From contig JAHBMJ010000523.1 in NCBI GenBank assembly GCA_018398765.1, forward strand, positions 1 to 47,064: DNA of 47,064 nucleotides, written 5' to 3'. Position 1 is the first letter of the stretch; every line of letters starts with the position of its first letter. The translations under genes and the position numbers were made by a program. Positions 1 to 12,133 of the stretch are shown here, piece by piece. This stretch comes from Chromera velia (lineage: Eukaryota). The notes under the pieces were generated by a model. The model did not search any database and was not told the DNA's origin. It worked only from the letters and a program-made list of their open reading frames with translations.

Positions 1-133
1 AAGGTTTTCTTCCCTTGGGGGTGCACGCGCTGCTCGGGAGGGACGAAACGGAATTGTCCCAGGGGGGGTACATAGAGGATGAGGGGATGGAGAGGGTGAA
101 AATGCTGGCTATGTTCTGGGATGGAACGGTGGG

Positions 134-169
<36 letters not shown>

Positions 170-182
170 CCCCTCTCTCTCC

Positions 183-223
<41 letters not shown>

Positions 224-270
224 CGTGTCTATGTGTGCGTGTGCGTGTGCGTGTGCGTGTACGTGTGCGT

Positions 271-305
<35 letters not shown>

Positions 306-2330
306 CGTGTCTGTGTGCCTGTTTGTGAGATCCCCTCTCTCTTGGTTTCTGTGTGTCGGATGAGGTTTCCTTCCTGTCTGGAAACTTTTTCTTCATCCAA
401 GCGTTTGATCTTGAAGAACCAAATCAGAACCTTTACTTTCATACAGTAAATGCATGCATTGATCTTGCAGAACCGTATTAGACCTTATTTCCTGTGTTGA
501 TCTGAATGCAGGGTTCGTTCGCAGACTTTTTGGAGAACAAAATGAAGGAGACAAATGAGGGGGAAGATCCGTCGCCCCGCGAGCAAGACGTGCAGCGGTT
601 GGTAGAGAAAGAGATCAAGCGACAGAGGGGGACTGGGTGGGGTCTTGAGAAAAAGGAACGGGGGGCCAAGCAGCCTGCGGAGGATGAAGGCGAGGAAGAG
701 GAGGAGATAGGTCAAGGGGACATGGGCACGTTATTCCCATCGCGTGTGGCAGTGTTCGAGAAGTTGGTCGACCACCTCGGCGTCTCCTTCCTTCCCCCCA
801 TGGACCCCCTCGTTGATCTCGGACGAGTGGATGCAATCGAATACCTCATCAGAAAGTACGAGATCGACCTCCTCATTCCTCTGCCCGAAAACCTAGAGGA
901 CGTCCTGGAAGCAGAGAGAGAAGAGGGGCTGCAGGCCGCAGAGAATGAAGAGGAAGAGGAGGAAACCTGCGGTATCTGCTGTGACAAGATGGTCAACCCC
1001 ATCACTCTGGACTGCCCGGGGAAGCACACCTTCTGCAGGGTCTGTCTCAGAAGAGTGAGATACCCAGACAATATGGAGAGACTCCACATCGCGTGTCCGC
1101 TCTGCCGTGCCCCGGTCTACTTCCCTCACGCCCACGACTCAGTTTCAGATCGGCAGGCGCGCAGTCTTCGTGAGTGGATCACTCGAGACAAAAAGAATTC
1201 CTCCGAAGACCTCTCGGAAGATGAGTCGGAATGCGACTCCGGCGATCGTGAAAACGAGGACCGGTCACGTGCGCATCAATGGAGATCGAAGCGCCCGCCG
1301 CTCTGGTGGGCCCGCAGGTGGTGGGAGGGGCGCGGGGGGCACTGGGACAAGGGCGACACTCTGGGTTCTGCTCTCTTGGCTATCGCCTTCGCCTCCAGTG
1401 CGATGTGTGTGGTTGAGAAATTGTGCAAGGACTTTGGAATGGACCCCGGAAAGGTCAGTCGTCTCCGCAGGAAAGGGGAGGGACACAGACAGGGGCGTTT
1501 GAGAGCGTCTCCTTCTCTCTTCTTGATTCCTTTGTGGATGGACTTCGGTGCACAGGAAGGAAGATGTGCAATCCTTAGTGAGTTCGTGGTTCGTGAATCA
1601 ATCTGTCTGCTGTGAACACAGACGTGCGGGTTACTTTCCGCGGCCCTTCAATGCTCCTGTTTGTTTTTTGTTATTTTCATGAAAAGAATTCTGTATGAAA
1701 ATAAACGTCTGCTGTGAACACACGTGCAGGCTACGTTCCTCGGCCGTTCCATGCTCCACGTCGCAGTCACGTGCGGGCAGCGTGTCAGCGCAAAGTGGCT
1801 TCTTGTGAGACACGGGGCCGCGTTGGCGTCCCTAGTGTGCAGGGAGGACGGGAGGGCACCCGTGCACGTGGCAGCACTGCAGGGGGACGAGCACCTGATC
1901 AGTGTGTTGGAAGATTTTGTTGGGGGTGAGGGGGTGAGGGATTCGGAGGGGCGGGTGTGGGAAGACATGGTGCTTGAAATGGTCGGAGAGGATGATGAGG
2001 GGACGGGTGGAGACGGAAAAGGACGGAAGGGAAAGAAGAAGAAGAAGAAGAAGAAGAAGAAGAAGCAGAACAAAAAGAAAAAGGACAAGAAGGAGACTTC
2101 AGCGGATCGGCTGCGAGCGATACGGGACCTCGCGTTGAAAAGACGCGCGCCGGACACACTCAATCGAAGGTCACTCACTTCACTGAGGTGTTCTGTTCTG
2201 TGTGAATAAATATTCTTGGAATCTATTGATAGATCCTTCAGAGAGCTAGTGTTCCATGCTTGCAAGAATGCGATAGGCAGGGCCTCGGGCGCATGTAAAC
2301 GTGATTTGAAAGCGATTCCGCCATTTGCCT

Positions 2331-2382
<52 letters not shown>

Positions 2383-2385
2383 TGA

Positions 2386-2421
<36 letters not shown>

Positions 2422-5400
2422 CAGACAGTTTGCGCCGATCGCCTTGTGCTGTCCAGGAAGGTGCTTTTCATGCATGTATACTCACAGTCTGTACACGCAC
2501 GCACGCACGCATTACTTTGACTGCGCATGATGTCCCCTGCACTGCAGACTGGTTTCTCTCCTAGAGGCAGGGGCCCCTCTGGAGTCCCTAGTCGCCCTCT
2601 GCAAGTCAACGAAGGCCATGCATACTCTCCTGAGAGATTTCATGCACGAACGATCCATGTACTGGATTTTTGCGGGGGGAGAGGCACGGAGGAGGCGCAG
2701 GCGGGAGAAGAAGAGCAGAGAGGAGAAGAAGGAGGACAAAGGGGAAGAAGAGGGGAAGGAGAAGTACCCCAAAGGCGAAGGGGCCGAGGAACAGGAAGAC
2801 GGAGAAGCGGAGGGGGAGGCAGAGCCAAGTTGCAGTGTGCTAGACAACACAGATCCCGTCATGAAGTTCCTCATGACTCATGTGCTCATTCTGCATCAGA
2901 GGGTTGACTTCTTCCGCTGGGTCTTGCTGAACATCTACGTCAAAGAGTACAGGTTCACGAGCTTCACGTGAGTCTTTCTCATCCACCTGCGTGATGTCTG
3001 CACTCTTTCCCCCGGTCGTTTGCCTTTGTTTTGGCTACTTCTTTAGACAGACACAGACAGAGGGACAGACAGACAGACTACACGTTCTTCTTTTTTTCTT
3101 TGTTTCTGCTCTTTCTTTCACAGACAACAGACAGACAGACAGACAGACGGACAAGGCAGACAGACAGGCGGGCGCGACCGACAAGCAAATCGAGAAGGGA
3201 GTGATGAGAGGAAAGGAAAGCGTGCATCGAAACGATAGATGGACTGAGAGACCAACGGATGGACAAGCAGGTAGGCAGGCAAGCAGAGAGGCAGGGAAAT
3301 ACAGACCGGACAGACGGAAGGTTTTTGGAGGTCTGTTTTCTGTTGATGTGATGATGCAAGAGCGTGCCGGTCTGAAGAGTGGGTGGAGGTGGAATTGAAT
3401 CAGATGGCTGCATTCGCTCAGAAGTGGGAGGGTGGTATTCAGGACACACATGCAGCGGTGAGCTTCGGATCATATTAGACAGCTGACTTTTAAACAGAAG
3501 GAATGAGAATTCGAAAAGGCCTTTTCTTCTTGCACATGAATGTCTAAAAATGACGGACAAAGGCCTAGTGTCCATGCATGCATCGGACACATTCCCCTGC
3601 AGGGGCCGGAATTGGGGCGGTCCCCCCGGACTGACTCCTGAATCCTTCCGTTATCTGGCTCTCTTACCCCCCGACAGCACGATGAGCCTACCCCTTCAGC
3701 CCCTGTCTTTGGAGGGTCACCAGGAGGTTGGCAGAGTGTGTAAAGACTTGCAGAGAGTGATAGACGCTGACAAGGCTTTGAGGAAGATACGGGAACCCTT
3801 GGACACCCTTTTGAGGCAGAGTAAAGACACGGACGGAAGGGAGGGTCTATTCGGCCCTGAGGTCCTCGTCCGCCTGAGGGATGATGAAAAGCAGTTGCTG
3901 GCCTCCCTGCCGGTTGAGTGCCTCGAGTTGGATGAGATTCAAAGCTCGGTCTTTTGGACAAAGGAGATCCTCAGAAATCCACACAAACGGCTGTGGGGGT
4001 GTTCGTATAGCGCAAGGGGGGGACCGAGCGACAGCAAGCCGTCCCTGGTGGAGGTGGCGGCCCTGTTTGGCACAGTGGAGGCACTCGAGTGGACCCTACA
4101 GGAGTGGGCAAAGGTCGGTCAGAACGTACAGACTTCATTGATGTGTCTTGGCTTTCAGAAAATCAGTATCTGTTCTGCTCAGTGGTTGTTTCTCTGAAAC
4201 CTGTCTCCAAAGGTTCCTCGGTGAGTGTCAGACAGAAGAACGGTGGGACTTCTTCGGCAGACAGGTTGCGGCACAAGTCCGTGGTTCTTTCCCTCTCTCT
4301 CTTTTTCTCGCAACCCCCCCTCTCCTCTCTCTCTTTCAGTATCTCTGCCTTTCTGTCTCTTTCTCTCTGTGTGTGAGAGACAGACAGAGATAGGGAAAGA
4401 CCCTTCGTGGTCGTCTTGTCGACCCTAGCTGTGCCTGTGTGGAGATCTGATGGCGCGTTCTCTGTCCCTGGGTAAGTTGCGTGACTGTAATCGCATTCTG
4501 TCTCCTTCCTCCTCTTCGTTCCTCGGTTGTCTGTGCGTGCATGTCTGCGCAGATCTTCGGGGAAGGCCCCCAAGTGCGAGAGGCAATCTGGGCCCTCCGG
4601 ACGGTCTGCTACGGGGCCTGCCTGTCCGTGGGCCGGCCCGACGCGGCGCAGTTCCTCCTCGACTGGCTCCACTTGAGGGGCGTGGACGTGAACACTCTGG
4701 AGGTCCCTGCCGGCCTCGAGAAGAGGCCAGGGGGGGGAGAAGAGGGTGTGAAGGACGGCGAAAAACAGAAAGAGGACGGGAAGAGCGAGGAGGGAGAGGA
4801 GGAGACGGGGTCGGAGGCCGGGGAGGGGAACCAGAGGGAGAAGGAGGCTCCCGCCCCCCCAAGCCCCCTGGGCATAGAGGAGAGGTGGAAGAATGGGCCG
4901 TGCCATGTTTTGATTTCTCTTGCGGTAGAGATCCTGAGCGATCAACGTTGTGACTGGAGGTATCGTTGCAAGCTTTCAGACTCCCCAAATACGAAATTCA
5001 AAGACCTGATGGTCTCTGTGATGCGGTGTGAGGCTGTGGCATCTGTGCTCCTGTCCCACGCTGCAGTGAAAATCCGCCCTGAAGAGTTTCTCTGCACTCA
5101 GACGTTGGACCGGTCAAGGATGCGGTCGTTTGCGTCAAGAGGTCTCTTTGGGTCGGTTGCAGAAACCATATGGTCCTGCAAAGTATCCGAGGCGCAGAGA
5201 GAGAGAGAGAAGCAAGCGGAGTTAGAGAGGGAGAGAGAGAAAGAAGAGGCAAAGGGTAAGGATGGAGAGGATCCAGAGAATTCCAACAGCAAAGAAACAG
5301 AAGCCGCGTCCTCCTCCTCATCCTCCAAACAACCATCAGCCAAAGCCGTTGCAGCCGCCGTGAAATCTGTTTGCGCTTCCATCCCGCTGGGAGGTGTTTT

Positions 5401-6787
5401 ATCTGAGCTTGTTGATGAGACCTACGAAACAGTTTTCTTTTTTCACCCCGTCTCCCTCATAGAGTGGTTCTACGCTGACCGTCTTGCCTTCGTCGCACGC
5501 AAGTTCTGCGAGAAAGTTCTGTGGAAGGGCGGAGAGCCCCCTACAGACTCTCCTGCCCCCTCTGCAGAGACACAGGCCGCTCCCCTTCCACCCTCAACCC
5601 CCGAGCTCCCTGCAGCTTCAGCTGCTGCTGCCGCCCCAAGCGACGGTCAGGAAGTTGCAAGTTGTTTTTTTCCGAAAGTTCCCGATAGCCTCATCCGGGC
5701 TCTTGTGAAGCACGGCCTTCCGGGCCCCCTCGAGGTTTTGGTCTCAACGTTTGACGTGTCTGTCCAGAGGGACGTGACAGAGAGGGCCATTCTGGAGGCA
5801 CAGGACGACGTGTACTCCTTCAATAGGGAAGCCAAGCGGCTGATGAAACCGCTCATGCAGGCGATCAGGGAAGCGCAGAGACAGCGGTGGTCCCTCACGG
5901 CCAGACTGATCGACCTTGCTTCCGCGTTTCCTTCCGACGAAGCGGCTGCTTCCCTTCCCCCTCCATGCAGCGCAACTTCTCCCCAATCTGTATGGGTGGA
6001 GGAGGCGAGGACTCATGGCCTATCTGTCATAGTCCAAAACACTCTCCGCAGCATCTGCTGCTCCCTCGAGGCTGCCGACTCTCTATGGGTCTCGGCAGCG
6101 ATGGAGCGCGCTCATCTCGAGTCCGACTTTGTGGCACAGTTCCCGGCAGAGTCGGTCATGCCAACGGCACTCCGTGAAGTGCTCCGAGGGGACAGAGAGG
6201 CCCGGTATAGAAATTTACGGCAACAGCAACAACAGATGGCAGGCTGTCTACCCCCCCACTTCACTGCAGCAGACGAGGAAAGCCAAGAAGCCGTGCAAGG
6301 GGAAGAGGCGGTCCTGTCCCCCACCTCACCCCAGAGGCATACCGGGGAGGCACAGTGTGAGAAGCGGGTGCATCTGCAGGCCCTGGAGCTGCTGCAATCT
6401 GCTCTGGCTAGCAGTCCGGGGCAGTTATATGGGGGGGAAGAGGAGTCGAAAGAGGCCGTGAAGGCGAGGCAGAAGGAAATTTGGGAGACGGCAGTGAGAG
6501 AGGCCGAGGCGATGGTTGGAGGAGCGAGACCGTCTTACCCCCCGAGCCCGCGAGGTTCATTCAGAGAGAGCAGACTTCAGTTAGGTGCACCTCCTTGGCC
6601 CGTGTGTGCGCAGACGTGTGCGGCAGCGAATAATCCGGGCTCACCAGTCGCCCGTCCCCTGTTTCCCTTGCGCGAGAGAAGGGCGTGTCTGATTCGCCGC
6701 ATGAGACTCCGTAGTGGACGGTCCCTCATCGAAGCCCTCGAGACGGACTTTCCTCATTCGCCCGTGACTCGTCTTGTCAGGGAATAA
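1..6787 (+). CDS. Large multi-exon RING-finger (C3HC4) plus ankyrin-repeat protein, putative E3 ubiquitin ligase; 5' end probably lies upstream of the window
   Basis: Phase-compatible exons: <1-128, 512-1453, 1730-2169, 2548-2967, 3603-4113, 4553-6787; small extra exons in 4114-4552 cannot be excluded. RING motif CGIC-x11[12 protein letters not shown]16-CPLC at 968-1105. Ankyrin-like motifs [12 protein letters not shown] and [21 protein letters not shown] in exon 3. Stop TAA at 6785-6787. Confidence 0.75.
137..317 (+). repeat. Compound intronic microsatellite (CT)n-(GT)n/(GTGCGT)n
   Basis: Directly visible; lies in the predicted intron 129-511 and explains the spurious VCVC ORFs. Confidence 0.95.
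2033..2064 (+). repeat. (AAG)n trinucleotide repeat encoding a poly-Lys tract in exon 3 of the RING/ankyrin gene
   Basis: In-frame [10 protein letters not shown] within ORF 1724-2209. Confidence 0.85.
2338..2419 (+). repeat. Compound intronic microsatellite (CT)n-(GT)n
   Basis: Directly visible in predicted intron 2170-2547. Confidence 0.95.
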
Positions 6788-6859
6788 GTCGCAGCATTGT
6801 CTGACTTTCAAATGTAGTGCAACAGGCTGAGATGACGTGAATAGACGTGAAACAACTAT

Positions 6860-7650
6860 TACTGCCTCAATTTATTCATTTAAATGAACTTCATTCACAC
6901 ATACATACATCTGTTTGTTCATTCATTCGTTCAGCCTTACGTTCTAGCCGAGGTTTAGTCATTCAATTTACGAGTACTAAAAACGCTTTGAAAAGCAAGT
7001 AAGCTAGTTTTATGACTAGAGCTACGATACGTCATCGTCATCCATATTTAGTTGTGGATACTTCTTAATAACTTCTAGCCTAGTTAGTTAGTTAGTTAGT
7101 TAGTTAGAGGATGCCTAACCCCAGTTGGAGCGCTAAGCTCCCGGGCGGAGTTCTAGCGTTGGAGAAGATCGAGAATGTTTGTGCTTAGGTTTGTTACCGG
7201 TGTTTGTGCTTAATCTTAAGAAACAGAAAGGGAAAAAGGATTTGTCAGTTAATCAATCTAAATTAATTTTTTTTTTTAATTCTTCTACTTCTTCACAAAC
7301 ATTAGCACAAACATTGTTTTATCTTAGGTTTTATCTAACAATAGAAGTTACTAAAAAGCTAGCTAAAAAGTCTAGTAAAAAGTATCAACAACTAGATCCA
7401 CAAAGAGATATGGATGAGTCACCCCGGGATGATGATGGCTTATCACAGCTATAGTCATGAAACTCAGTTGCTTTTCGAAACGTTTTTTACTTCTACTCGT
7501 AAATTGAATGACGAAACCCCGGTTAAAACATAAGACTGAATGAAAGAATGAATAAATAGATGTATGAATGAATGAATAAATGAATGTTTCTGTTTAAAAC
7601 GAGTAGTAAGCCACTTCTTAGAAATTGACGACCCCACGCTATCATGCCAT
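6860..7650. repeat. AT/TpA-rich island containing a (TTAG)n tract at ~7080-7107; probable decayed repeat
   Basis: Abrupt drop in GC relative to flanking genes, many CTAG/TAG/TAA words, no credible ORF. Confidence 0.45.
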
Positions 7651-9700
7651 ACCATGAAGACCCTGGCCAAGACAGAGAAACTGAAGATACAGCCTGAAAA
7701 AAGGCACCACAGATTGATAAACAGATTCCATTTTATACTACACGCTCAAGCAAAATTGATGGATACCTCTGACCTGAGGTGAAACAAAACACGTACGAAA
7801 CCTTCATCTCGAGATATTCTTTTCTCCCCGTCTACTGCTTTTTCCTCCGTCGTAAAAAACTTTTTTTGTGTATATATCTTACAACCCTCCACAGAGGTAT
7901 ATTGATGAATATTGCAGATCCCACTGGCACTATTTCTTCGCCCTCGTTTTCTCTTCCCAAAACAAAGACAAACACAGATCGGGGAAACCTGATTTGCCGG
8001 CGTACTAGGTCTGAAGGTCACTTACACACACACAGGAGACACGGAACAAGAGGATAAAAGACAGCGAAGGGGAAAGGGGGGGGAGAGGTAACAGTGATGC
8101 GGTCCTTCGATGCGTCACCGCGACAAAGCAGTAACGCAAGACACGCAGCAGTCGCTGCAAGCATGCATTGCCATGAATCCCGAGATGTTGAGCGTGCATC
8201 GAAGTCACTGCACTCATTGGGGGCACAACAATTTATCGCATCACTTGGATCATTCTCTGTAAGCAAGTACAGTAGACATCTGTCAAAATTGGCAGGAGCT
8301 CTAAAAAGGCGATCGAACAGACACGCTAACTGCATGGGAATGACCACAACGATCGTACCGGCAACATTCGAACGTAGCTGGGTGATTCCACAGCACCAAA
8401 ATTGTCTTTCCTGACTGCGCCTCTGGATCTGTACTTAGTTCCTCCTCGTGCCTCCTACATTACTCATTCTTGCCGCTTTCCGGGCCAGTGTCCCCCCCAC
8501 CCCAATAGGTGCGTATGTGGACACAGATAGAAGAAAGACTGGAGCTAACCAGACTCAATCATTGTGGAGCAGAGAATGGAGCAGAAATGGAGAACAAGTG
8601 CCACAAAGCAGGAAAAGAAAAGAGAAAAAGCAAGAAGAACAAAAAATGACAAACGTGCAAGGAAGACCAAAATTGAAGACCCATGCATCTGCACCTCACC
8701 CACACCATTATTCTCTGTATGCGCCTTCGCAACAAAACATCCTCTTCCCTGACTCTGCAACTCTGTCTTGTCCGACAGACCAAAAACTGCTGTGAATGCA
8801 GCGAGGTCTTTGCGGCCTCTGGACATAAAATCTGCCGCCACCGCTCACCAATTCCCGACAAAACATTTCATTTCAAACGACGATGTGAGCAGAACCGTGA
8901 CCAGCGTGAGAAAAGGAAGGGACTGCAGGCCGCAGTCCAAAGCGAGAAGGCTTTCTGTTTCTCAAAGGGAGAGCTGTTCGATCCTGTCCTCTCTCTCAGT
9001 CAATCAGTTTCCCCAGCGCACCACCAACATTTTTGATAGATGGGACGGGGTAAGCAGACCGCAGGTACACAAACAAGAAAGCAATGCCTACGCAAGTCAT
9101 AAAAAAGAACACACATTCCTCCCACATGAGTCTGAAACCCTGTGGTCCTCCCTTTCTCACCCAGTCAGCGAACATGCAGCCTGTGACGACACACGTTCGC
9201 TTACGAAATCGAAATGGCTTGGTCGCTCTTTTCGCATGTACCCTTCTCCCCCTTTCTCTCCTTTTCTCTGTGCACGAAAGCAACTGCGTTACCCGTAAAG
9301 AAGGCAGCTTCCTTCCCAACACCCCGCATCGGCAGATATGAAAGAAGACGCGTTCTGTTCGATCTGACCAGAGATGCCGTTTCCGCGGCTGCATGGAAAC
9401 ACACAAGAGAGAGACAAACTATTCAAGGAACCTCCATAGGAAAAAGCATTGCAACGTCGGGGCGCCGTTGTACGGCCTCGTTGACGGTTTGAGGTTGCCT
9501 GACAGTCGGTGGACTTGAGACCAGGGAGTTACAGATGACAAATGAGAGATTTGCGGAAACCGAATGTCTTATCGAAGCTTGAAACGAGAAAAAAGGAAAG
9601 CTCGACCCACCATTACTTGGAGGGGTTTCTTCTCATCGAGGAGCCCCGGAGACCCGCTGGAAGAGCCCACGAGGGACTGCCTCTGCCAGACCGAACGCTC

Positions 9701-12133
9701 TCAAGGACCTCCCAAGGGCCACGCCGGGCAGGACTGTGGAGTGGCAACTTCAAGGGAGGGGTAGCGGTCTGAGTAGGCGTACGGGGGGGAGTTTGGGAAG
9801 ACCTTGTGCTCAGAGAGGAGGGCGTCGGTTGCTGCGAGGAAGTCATGCATGGCCTCCTCTCCGAAACTCGTGCGGGCTTTCGGAAAGCGATCGGGGTCCT
9901 TGCAGTAAACGGCCGGATCAGTCAGGTGGAATGCTTTGATCTCTCCATCCTCCCCCCTTTCAGCAACCCCCTGGAGATCGCACACCATCAAATAGCCGCC
10001 CGAGACTTCGTGAGTGAATATCAAAAATCGACCTAGGGTCGGGTGAAAATTCCCTCCGCCCCAAATCGCGACGTTGCTGCAGAACTTCTCGAAATTTCCC
10101 TCTGGAAGTTGTCGCTCTACTGTACCTGACTGTCTCTGTGTCCACCCCCTCTTGCTCGGACGGCTTCTCAACTTCCGCAATGTACGCGCGTTTGTAGAGG
10201 ATCTTGGGCCCCCTGCCCCCTTCCTTCTTGTTGAAGAGCTCAGCAAGGAAGGCGGCAATCGTCGACTCGTCGGCGTTGCTCTGGTGCGAGATCTTGCAGT
10301 TGTCCTCGTCGGCAACGGACTTGAGCTCCTTGAACACGTAGGGCTCGAACTTCTCCCCTGTCTGCAAGAAGCCACGGTAACAGTATCGCAACGCACCGGA
10401 TGCGAACGGCCGTGGTGCCACCTTGATCTTGACCACCTGCATGTCGGCAGTCACTGAGTCTTGGGGGGGATCGGGATCTTTCCCACCTCTAGGCGTAGAA
10501 GCGGCAGTGCCTCTGACAAACTCAGTGCGTTCCATCAGAGCGGCAAGGTTCTTTTTCTTCGGGGCGATCCACAGAGACGCTTCCTGGGTCGGGAGATCTT
10601 CAGGAGACCAAACAGTGGAATCGAGGTCAATGAACTTCTCGGCCTTTCCCTGGTCTCTGGTCGCTGTGAATGTTCGGAAGATCGAAGAACGAATGCACGT
10701 GGTCACCAGATCTTCCAGCTTCTCCACGCTTTCGTAGTCCAGCATCTCAATCTGGAGCTCATCTGGCAGCCTGCAGCGAAAGGGGAAGCATAAAATGTAG
10801 GAGCACTCTTTGCCAACAATGGCCGGGGGAAGCAGAAGCACGAAAAGAACAGAGAAGAGTAGTTGCGGACAGTCCTTCGGTGGCACAAAGAGACAGTTCT
10901 GCGAGAGATTCGAGAATCTAGATAACAACAAAGGACGGCTTCCGAAAGGACGATGCTGTCTACAAGAACACCCAACGGACGAGAGTTGGACAGGCCGGGA
11001 AAGACAAAAAAAGCCTAAGATGCATGGTATCTCCTGTCTGTGGGAACAAGCTGCAAAGCGAACAGAAGAATGCAAGAGGTTGAAACGGACTCTTTGTTGA
11101 TCTCTTCGATCATCTTGTCTGTCTTGGCGTTGATGCGGAGGAAGTAGTAGCTCATGCCCTCACGAACGAGGAGGTTCTGGACTTCTCTGATGATGTTACG
11201 GCCGTTCGGGCAGCTGTCGGGGTACTGGTCTCCGAGGTTGCTCAGGGTGTGGAAGCGCGTTCCGTGACAAGGGGCGTCGCCGATGTGAATGACCACAGCC
11301 GTCTCGTTTGACCAGCCGAGGTTGGAGCACTCGTGGATTCCGCCAGTGACGTCCTCTGCGTAGTCCTCGCCGTACAGGGTGTGCACGTCCCCCACGAACT
11401 TTTTGAACGCCTCAATGTCGTTCGTGAAGTCGAGCTTCTCGAGCTGCTTCTCCTTGGGGAGGTTCACGTCCCTGTAGCCGACGAAGGCAGCACGGAGATT
11501 CAGGGTGGGGTTGGAGGTCTGGACGCAGTTGACGATCCGGTTGATCCGGGTTTTCACGCCTGCAAAAAACAGTAGCAAGCGGAGAGGGTATAGAAATTGG
11601 GAAGAGAGCGAGAAAAAAAGACAAGGAGGTAGACGGGAGGGGAGTTCACAGGGAACAGGAATCAAAGGCCACGCCATTTCTTCTACGGAAGAAGCCAACA
11701 CAGCCCCCGTGTAGCAAGAACCCGCCTAGCTGACCTTGTAGGTGAGATTGCATCGAGTTAGTGCAGTCCACCAAGAAACAGAGGTCTACAGCATTGCAGT
11801 CCTTCAATTGCTGGTAGAGCTTCGCGAGTTCGTGCTTTCTCTCCTTCTTCTGCTTGGTCCGGGTTTTCAGGAGCGAGTCCCTCGTCGCTGTCAGCGTCTT
11901 CATGGCCTTCTGAAGGGTCTCTGCAGACACGTACACACATGTAGAGGGTCGACAACTGCGTGGAGTCGGGGTGGAGGAACGACACTGATTTGTAGAGAAC
12001 CAACGAACACACAGTTGAAACGAGGAAACGTACCAGATTCCGGCGGTCCTGCTTCAGCAATCAGTGCCTCAACTTGGCGCTGCAAATCGAGTGCCCTGCT
12101 TTCGAACTCAGCCGCAGTCTGTGAGCCTGCCAT
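9701..12133 (-). CDS. vWA domain plus alpha-kinase (eEF2K/MHCK/Dictyostelium VwkA-type architecture) with an apparent frameshift near 10124
   Basis: Exons 12133-12034, 11920-11735, 11559-11091, 10770-9701, all GT-AG and phase-consistent. vWA motifs DLCFLVDCTNSM, AFVGYRD, EDYAED, HIGDAPCHG. Alpha-kinase motifs PFASGALRYCY, YVFKE, AAFLAELFN, VERQLPEGNFEKFCSN, VCDLQG, LTDPAV. N-lobe and C-lobe motifs lie in different frames. Confidence 0.88.

Noticed and set aside
7080..7107. Interstitial telomeric repeat
   Set aside because: The unit is TTAG, not TTAGGG or TTTAGGG; it is short and also occurs as an ordinary microsatellite at ~44708-44727.
7700..9700. Several 60-176 aa ORFs between the RING/ankyrin gene and the alpha-kinase
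   Set aside because: No motifs and no consistent splice chain found; a small gene cannot be excluded without RNA data.
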